From the NCBI RefSeq assembly GCF_009914755.1, contig NC_060933.1: a stretch of 64,000 nucleotides of DNA; one strand, written 5' to 3'. Made by a program: the position numbers and the translations under genes. The notes below the pieces were generated by a model, which worked only from the letters and a program-made list of their open reading frames with translations, had not been told where the DNA came from and ran no database searches. The first letter of the stretch is position 1. Every line of letters begins with the position of its first letter. This stretch comes from the human T2T-CHM13v2.0 reference genome, Homo sapiens. Positions 55,701-64,000 of this stretch are shown here, piece after piece.

Positions 55701-57790
55701 TCAACTCGAATGGAATGGAAAGGAATGGAATCAACCCGAGTAGAATGGCATGGAATGGAATGGAATGGAATGGAATGGAATGGAATGGAATGGTACGAAA
55801 TAGAATGGAACGGAGCGAAATGGAATGGAATGGAATGGAATGGAATGGAATGGAATGGAGTGGAATGAAATCGTGTGCAATGGAATGGAATGGAATGGAA
55901 TGGAATGGAATGGAGTGGAATGGAATGGAATGGAATGGAGTGGAATGGAATGGAATGGGTTCAACTCGAATGGAATGGAAAGGAATGGAATCAACCCGAG
56001 TGGAGTGTCATGGAATGGAATGGAATAGGATGGAATGGAATGGAATGGAATCATCCCGAGTGCAATGTAATGGAATCGAAAGGAATGGAATGGAATGGAA
56101 TGGAATGGATTCAACCCGAATGGAATGAAAAGAAATGGAATAAACCCGAGTGGAATGGCATGGAATGGAGTGGAATTGAATGGAATGGAATGGAACAGAA
56201 TAGAATGGAATGGAACGAAATGGAATGGAATAGAATGGAATGGAATGGAATGGAATGGAATGGAATGGAATGAACCCGTGTGCAATGGAATGGAATGGAA
56301 TGGAATGGAATGGAATGGAATGGAATGGAATGGAATGGAATGGAATGGAATGGATTCAACTCGAATGGAATGGAAGGGAAATGAATCAACCCGAGTGGAA
56401 TGGCATGGAATGGAGTGGAATGGAATGCAATGGAATGGAATGGAATAGAATGGAATGGAATGGAATGGTACAGAATAAAATGGAATGAAACGAAATGGAA
56501 TGGAATGAAATGGAATGGAATGGAATGGAATGGAATGGAACGGAATGGAATGGTATGGAATGGAATGGAATGGAATGGAATGGTACGGAATATAATGGAA
56601 TGGAACGAAATGGAATGGAATGAAATGGAATGGAATGGAATGGAACAACCCGAGTGCAGGGGAATGGAATGGAATTGAAGGCAATGGAATGGAATCATCC
56701 GGAATTGAATGGAATGGAATGGAATCAACTCGATTGCAATGGAATGGAATGGAATGGAATGGAATGGAATGGAATGGAATGGAATGGAATGGAATGAAAT
56801 TAACCCGATTAGAATGGAATGGAATGGAATGGAATGGAATGGAATGGAATGGTACGGAATAGAATGGAATGGAACGAAATGGAACGGAATGAAATGGAAT
56901 GGAATGGAATGGAATGGAATGGAATGGAATCAACCCGAGTGCAGGGGAATGGAATGGAATTGAAGGCAATGGAATGGAATCATCCGGAATGGAATGGAAT
57001 GGAATGGAATCAACTCGATTGCAATGGAATGGAATGGAATGGAATGGAATGGAATGGAATGGAATGGAATGGAATGGAATGGAATGGAATTAATCCGAAT
57101 AGAATGTAATAGAATGGAATGGAATGGAATGGAAGTAAATGGAATGGAATGGAATGAACCCGAGTGCAGGGGAATGGAATGGAATGGAATGGAATGCAGT
57201 GGAATGGAATCAAACCTAGTGCAATTGAATGGAATGGAATGGAATGGAATGGAATGGAATGGAATGGAATGGAATGGATTCAACCCAAATGGAATGGAAA
57301 GCAATGGAATCAACCCGAGTGGAATGGCATGGAATGGAATGGAATGGAATGGAATGGAATGGAGTGGAATGGAATGGAATGGAATGGTACGGAATAAAAT
57401 GGAATGGAACGAAATGGAATGGAATGGAATGGAATGGAACGGAATGGAATGGAATCATTCCGAGTGGAATAGAAGGGAATGAATTCGAGTGGAATGGAAA
57501 GGAATGGAATCAACCAGAGTGGAATGGAAGGGAATGGAATGGAATGGAAACTAATAAAATGGAATCAACACGAGTGGAATGGAATGGAAAGGACTTGAAT
57601 GGAATGGAATGGAATGGAATGGAATCAAGTCCATTGCAATGGAATGTAATGGAATGGAGTGGAATGGAATTAACGCGAATAGAATGGAATGGAATGGAAT
57701 GGAATGCAATGGAATGGAATCAACCTGAGTGCAGGGGAATGGAATGCAATGGAATGCAATGGAACGCAATGGAATGGAATGGAATGGAAT
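40720..57790 (+). repeat. HSat3 sub-type B domain containing two copies of an approximately 8-8.6 kb unit
   Basis: B markers return. Rare variants recur at offsets rising from about 7.9 to 8.6 kb, e.g. TGGACCGAA near 43633/52032, GAAAGCCATG near 45545/54154 and GTCTAATG at 46921/55535. Confidence 0.8.
52520..53265 (+). repeat. Local tandem duplication, 365 bp period
   Basis: CCCGCGTGG at 52541 and 52906; ATAAAATGAACC at 52811 and 53176. The paralogous region at about 44280-44640 has one copy. Confidence 0.9.
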
Positions 57791-60700
57791 GGAATCAACG
57801 CGAGAGCAGGGGAATGGAATGTAATGGAATGCAATGGAATGGAATCTTCCGGAATGGAATGGAAAGGAATGGAATCAACCCGAGTGCAATGGAATGGAGA
57901 GGAATGGAATGGAAACTACCCGAATGGAATGGAATGTAATGGAGTGTAAGGGAATTGAATAGAATCAATCCGAATGTAATGGAATGGAATGGAACGGAAT
58001 GGAATGGAATGGAATGGAATGGAATGGAATGGAACGGAATGGAACGGAATGGAATGGAATGGAATGGAATGGAATGGTATGGAATGGAATGGAATGGAAT
58101 CAACACGAGTGCAATGGAATGGAGTGGAATGGAATGGAATGGAATGGAACAACCCGAATGGAATGGAATGGAATGGAGAGTAAGAGAGTTGAATAGAATC
58201 AGTCCGAATGTAATGGAATGGAATGCAACGGAATGGAATGGAATGGAATGGAATGGAATGGAATGAAATGGAATGGAATCAACCCGAGTACAATGGAATG
58301 GAATGGAATGGAATGGAATGGAATGGAATGGAATGGAATGGAATGGAATGCCTTCAAACCGAATGGAATGGAAAGGAATGGAATCAACAAGAGTGGAATG
58401 GAATGGAATGGAATGGAAAGGAATGGAATGGAATGGAATGGTACGGAATAGAATGGAATGGAAGGAAATGGAATGGAATGGAATGGAATGGAATGGAAAG
58501 GAATGGAATGGAATCGTTCCGAGTGGAATAGGAGGGAATGTATTCGAGTGGAATGGAAAGGAATGGAATCAACCAGAGTGGAATGGAAGGGAATGGAATG
58601 GAATGGAAACTAATAGAATGGAATCAACCAGAGTGGAATGGAATGGAAAGGACTGGAATGGAATGGAATGGAATGATCAACTCGATTGTAATAGAATGGA
58701 ATGGAATGGAATGGAATGGAATGAAATGGCATGGAATGGAATTAACTCGAATACATTTGAATGGAATGGAATGGAAGGGAATGGAGTGGAATGGAATGGA
58801 ATCAACCCGAGTGCAGGGAAATGGAATGGAATGGAATGCAATGGAATGGAAACATCCGGAATGGAATGGAATGGAATGGAATGCAAAGCAATGGAATCAA
58901 CTCGATTGCAATGGAATGGAATGGAATGGAAAGGAATAGAATGGAATCAACCCGAGTGGAATGGAATGGAAAGGACTGGAATGGGGTGGAATGGAATGGA
59001 ATGGAATGGAATGGAATCAACTCGAATGGAATGGAATGGAATGGAATGGAATGGAATGGAATGGAATGGAATGGAATCAACTCGATTGCAATCGAATGGA
59101 ATGGAATGGAATTAACCCGAATAGAATGGAATGGAATGGAATGGAACGGAACGGAATGGAATGGAATGGAATGGAATGGAATGGAATGGAATGAAATGGA
59201 ACGGAACGGAACGGAACGGAATGGAATGGAATGGAATGGAATGGAATCAACGCGAGTGCAGGGGAATGGAATGGAACGGAATGCAATGGAATGGAATCTT
59301 CCGGAATGGAATGGAATGGAATGGAATGGAATGAAATGCAATGGATTCAACTCGATTGCAATAGAATGGAATGGAATGGAATGGAATGAAATGCAATGGA
59401 TTCAACTCGATTGCAATGGAATGGAATAGATTGGAATGGAATGGAATGGAATGGAATGGAATGGAATGGAATGGAATGGAATTAACCCGAATAGAATGGA
59501 ATGGAATGGAATGGAACGGAATGGAACGAAATGGAATGGAATGGAATGGAATGGAATGGAATGGTATGGAATGGAATGGAATGGTACGGAATAGAATGGA
59601 ATGGAACGAATTGTAATGGCATGGAATTGAATGGAATGGAATGGAATGGAATGGAATGGAATCAACGCGAGTGCAGGGGAATGTAATGGAACGGAATGCA
59701 ATGGAATGGAATCATCCGGAATGGAATGGAATGGAATGGAAAGGAATGGAATCAACCCGAGTGCAATGGAATGGAGTGGAATGGAATGGAATGGAACAAC
59801 CCGAATGGAATGGAATGTAATGGAGAGTAAGGGAGTTGAATAGAATCAATCCGAATGTAATGGAATGGAATGCAACGGATTGGAATGGAATGGAATGGGA
59901 TGGAATGCAATGGAATGGAATCAACCCGAGTACAATGGAATGGAATGGAATGGAATGGAATGGAATGGAATGGAATGGAATGGAATGGAATGCCTTCAAA
60001 CCGAATGGAATGGAAAGGAATGGAATCAACACGAGTGGAATGGAATGGAATGGAATGGAATGGAATGGAATGGAATGGAATGATACGGAATAGAATGTAA
60101 TGGAACGAAATGGAATGGAATGGAATGGAATGGAATGGAATGGAATGGAATCGTTCCGAGTGGAATAGGAGGGAATGTATTCGAGTGGAATGGAAAGGAA
60201 TGGAATCACCCAGAGTGGAATGGAAGAGAATGGAATGGAATGGAAACTAATAGAATGGAATCAACCCGAGTGGAATGGAATGGAAAGGACTGGAATGGAA
60301 TGGAATGGAATGGAATCAACCCGAGTGCAATGGAATGGATTCGAATGGAATGGAATGGAATGGAATGGATTCAACAAGAATGGAATGGAAAGGAATGGAT
60401 TCAACCCGAGTGTAATGGCATGGAATGGAACGGAATGGAATGGGATGGAATAGAATGGTACGGAATAGAATGGAATGGAATGAAATGGAATGGAATGGAA
60501 TGGAATGGAATGGAATGGAATGGAATGGAATCAACTCGATTGCAATCGAATGGAATGGAATGGAATTAACCCGAATAGAATGGAATGGAATGGAATGGAA
60601 TGGAACGGAATGGAATGGAATGGAATGGAATGGAATGGAATTGAACGCAACGGAATGGAATGGAATGGAATGGAATGGAATGGAATCAACGCGAGTGCAG

Positions 60701-63700
60701 GGGAATGGAATGGAATGGAATGCAATGGAATGGAATCTTCCGGAATGGAATGGAATGGAATGGAATGGAATGAAATGCAATGGATTCAACTCGATTGCAA
60801 TGGAATGGAATAGAATGGAATGGAAAGGAATGGAATGGAATTAATCCGAATAGAATGGAATGGAATGGAAAGGAACAGAACGGAACGGAAAGGAATGGAA
60901 TGGAATGGAATGGTATGTAATGGAATGGAATGGTACGGAATAGAATGGAATGGAACGAATTGCAATGGAAAGGAATTGAATTGAATGGAATGGAATGGAA
61001 TGGAATGGAATGGAATCAACGCGAGTGCAGGGGAATGTAATGGAACGGAATGCAATGGAATGGAATCACCCGGAATGGAATGGAATGGAATGTAATGGAA
61101 TGGAATCAACCCGAGTGCAATGGAATGGAGTGGAATGGAATGGAATGGAACAACCCGAATGGAATGGAATGTAATGGAGAGTAAGGGAGTTGAATAGAAT
61201 CAATCCGAATGTAATGGAATGGAATGCAACGGAATGGAATGGAATGCAATGGAATGGAATGCAATGGAATGGAATCAACCCGAGTACAATGGAATGGAAT
61301 GGAATGGAATTGAATGCAATGGAATGGAATAAACTCGAGTACAATGGAATGGAATGGAATGGAATGGAATGGAATGGAATGGAATGGAATGGAATTGAAT
61401 GGAATGGAATGCCTTCAAACCGAATGGAATGGAAAGGAATGGAATCACCACGAGTGGAATGGAATGGAATGGAAAGGAATGGAATGGAATAGAATGGTAC
61501 GGAATAGAATGGAATGGAACGAACTGGAATGGAATGGAATGGAATGGAATGGAATGGAATGGAATGGAATCTTTCTGAGTGGAATAGGAGGGAATGTATT
61601 CGAGTGGAATGGAAAGGAATGGAATCAACCAGATTGGAATGGAAGGGAATGGAATGGAATGGAAACTAATAGAATGGAATCAACCCGAGTGGAATGGAAT
61701 GGAAAGGACTGGAATGGAATTGAATGGAATGGAATTGAATGGAATCAACTACATTGTAATGGAATGGAATGGAATGGAATGGAATGGAATGGAATTAACC
61801 CGAATACAATGGAATGGACTAGAATGGAACGGAATGGAGTGGAATGGAATGGAATCAACCCGAGTGCAGTGGAATGGAATGGAATGGAATGCAATGGAAT
61901 GGAATCACCCGGAATGGAATGGAATGGAATGGAATGCAAAGCAATGGAATCAACTCGATTGCAATGGAATGGAATGGAATGGAAAGGAATAGAACGGAAT
62001 GGGATTAACCCGAATAGAATGGAATTGAATGGAATGGAACGGAATGGAACGGAACGGAATGGAATGGAATGGAATGGAATGGAATGGAATGGAATGGAAT
62101 GGTATGTAATGGAATGGAATGGTACGGAATAGAATGGAATGGAACGAATTGCAATGGAAAGGAATTGAATGGAATGGAATGGAATGGAATGGAATCAACG
62201 CGAGTGCAGGGGAATGTAATGGAACGGAATGCAATGGAATGGAATCACCCGGAATGGAATGGAATGGAATGTAATGGAATGGAATCAACCCGAGTGCAAT
62301 GGAATGGAGTGGAATGGAATGGAATGGAACAACCCGAATGGAATGGAATGTAATGGAGAGTAAGGGAGTTGAATAGAATCAATCCGAATGTAATGGAATG
62401 GAATGCAACGGAATGGAATGGAATGGAATGGAATGGAATGCAATGGAATGGAATCAACTCGAGTACAATGGAATGGAATGGAATGGAATTGAATGCAATG
62501 GAATGGAATCAACTGGAGTACAATGGAATGGAATGGAATGGAATGGAACGGAATGGAATGGAATGGAATGGAATGGAACGGAACGGAACGGAATGGAATG
62601 GCATGGAATGGAATGGAATGGAATGGAATCAACGCGAGTGCAGGGGAATGGAATGGAATGGAATGGAAAGGAATGCAATGGAATGGAATCTTCCGGAATG
62701 GAATGGAATGGAATGGAATGGAATGGAATGCAATGGATTCAACTCGATTGCAATGGAATGGAATAGAATGGAATGGAATGGAATGGAATGGAATTAACCC
62801 TAATAGAATGGAATGGAATGGAATGGAATGGAACGGAATAGAACGGAATGGAAAGGAATGGAATGGAATGGAATGGAATGGAATGCTATGGAATGGAATG
62901 GAATGGTACGGAATAGAATGGAATGGAACGAATTGGAATGGAATGGAATCGAATGGAATGGAATGGAATGTAATGGAATCAACGCGATTGCAGGGGAATG
63001 TAATAGAACGGAATGCAATGGAATGGAATCATCCGGAATGGAATGGAATGGAATGGAATGGAATGGAATGCAATGGAATGGAATCAACCCGAGTGCAATG
63101 GAATGGAGTGGAATGGAATGGAATGGAATGGAATCAACGCGAGTGCAGGGGAATGGAATGGAATGGAATGGAATGGAATGGAATGGAATGGAATGGAATG
63201 GAATCAACCCGAGTGCAATGGAATGGAGTGGAATGGAATGGAATGGAATGGAACGGAACGGAACGGAACGGAATGGAATGGAATGGAATGGAATGGAATG
63301 GAATGGAATGGAATTGTATGGAATGGAATGGAATGGTACGGAATAGAATGGAATGGAAAGAATTGGAATGGAATGGAATCGAATGGAATGATATGGAATG
63401 GAATGGAATGGAACGGAATGGAATGGAATGGAATGCAATGGAATGGAATCAACCCGAGTACAATGGAATGGAATGGAATGGAATGGAATGGAATGCAATG
63501 TAATGGAATCAACCCGAGTGCAATTGAATGGAATCGAATGGAATGGAATGCAATGGAATGGATTCAACTTGAATGGAATGGAAAGAATGGAATCAACACG
63601 AGTGGAATCGCATGGAATGGAATGGAATGGAATGGAATCAACCCGAGTACAGGAGAATGGAATGGAAGGGAATGCAATGGAATGGAATCATCAGTAATGG

Positions 63701-64000
63701 AATGGAAAGGAATGGAATGGAATGGAATGGAATGGAATGAACTCGATTGCAATCGAATGGAATGGAATGGAATTAACCCGAATAGAATGGAATGGAATGG
63801 AATGGAACGGAACGGAATGGAATGGAATGGAATGGAATGGAACGGAACGGAACGGAATGGAATGGCATGGAATGGAATGGAATGGAATGGAATCAACGCG
63901 AGTGCAGGGGAATGGAATGGAATGGAATGGAAAGGAATGCAATGGAATGGAATCTTCTGGAATGGAATGGAATGGAATGGAATGGAATGGAATGGAATGC
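57790..64000 (+). repeat. HSat3 sub-type A domain (right arm, second)
   Basis: AATCTTCCGG, CAACGCGAG, GCCTTCAAAC, GTAAGAGAGTT and GATTCAACTTGAAT; about 58.0-60.3k copies about 34.65-36.94k. Confidence 0.75.
57841..63963. promoter_or_regulatory. Five consensus three-unit heat-shock elements; motif match only
   Basis: GGAATCTTC(C/T)GGAAT at 57841, 59293, 60732, 62685 and 63949. Confidence 0.5.

Larger units (their letters stand above)
15110..64000 (+). repeat. Satellite III (HSat3) array, right arm; (GGAAT)n on +
   Basis: Continuous GGAAT pentamers with CAACCCGA(G/A)T, CAACTCGATT, TAACCCGAATAG, TCATCCGG and GTACGGAATAG words; no non-satellite insert seen. Confidence 0.97.

Noticed and set aside
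295-62400. CRISPR-like appearance of a conserved core separated by variable-length sequence
   Set aside because: The intervals are pentamer satellite rather than unique spacers, spacing is irregular (about 160 bp to several kb), and there are no cas genes.
13729-62803. Interstitial telomeric repeat or fusion scar
   Set aside because: TTAGGG/CCCTAA occurs only as isolated 1.5-unit point variants of TAACCCGAA, never in tandem and not at the junction.
21-63942. Hundreds of ORFs in all six frames, including 16570..18453 (627 aa) and 55731..56969 (412 aa)
   Set aside because: (GGAAT)n has no stop codon in any frame and translates as MEWNG or HSIPF repeats. The ORFs overlap on both strands, have no domain content and track the satellite only.
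1-64000. HSat2, or a regular DYZ1-type 3.5 kb repeat
   Set aside because: CATTCGATTC is sparse while CAACCCGAGT dominates. The right-arm GAATTC sites noticed (33289, 45699, 54303, 57481) are irregular, with no constant period. Chromosome and subfamily cannot be assigned by eye.
15110-64000. EWS-FLI1-type GGAA microsatellite enhancers or canonical G-quadruplexes
   Set aside because: The repeat is the GGAAT pentamer, not tandem GGAA, and G3+ runs are isolated rather than in clusters of four.

Overview
The whole 64 kb is primate (human-type) pericentromeric Satellite III (HSat3). It is a (GGAAT/ATTCC)n pentamer array interrupted by the CAACCCGA(G/A)T decamer and a small vocabulary of other variant words. 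I see no genes, RNA genes, transposons or CRISPR array. All listed ORFs are the MEWNG/HSIPF readings of a stop-free pentamer. Main structure: (1) one sharp strand inversion at 15110-15111, with CATTC on + to the left and GGAAT on + to the right; (2) two interleaved sub-types, here called A (about 1-10.2k, 33.6-40.7k, 57.8-64k) and B (about 10.2-33.6k, 40.7-57.8k), roughly mirrored about the inversion; (3) nested duplications with offsets from about 55 bp to 24 kb rather than one regular higher-order repeat; (4) about 20 perfect three-unit heat-shock elements, found only in A domains; (5) scattered TRF1/TRF2-type YTAGGGTTR sites, mostly in B domains. Coordinates and counts were read by eye, and domain and duplication edges are approximate.
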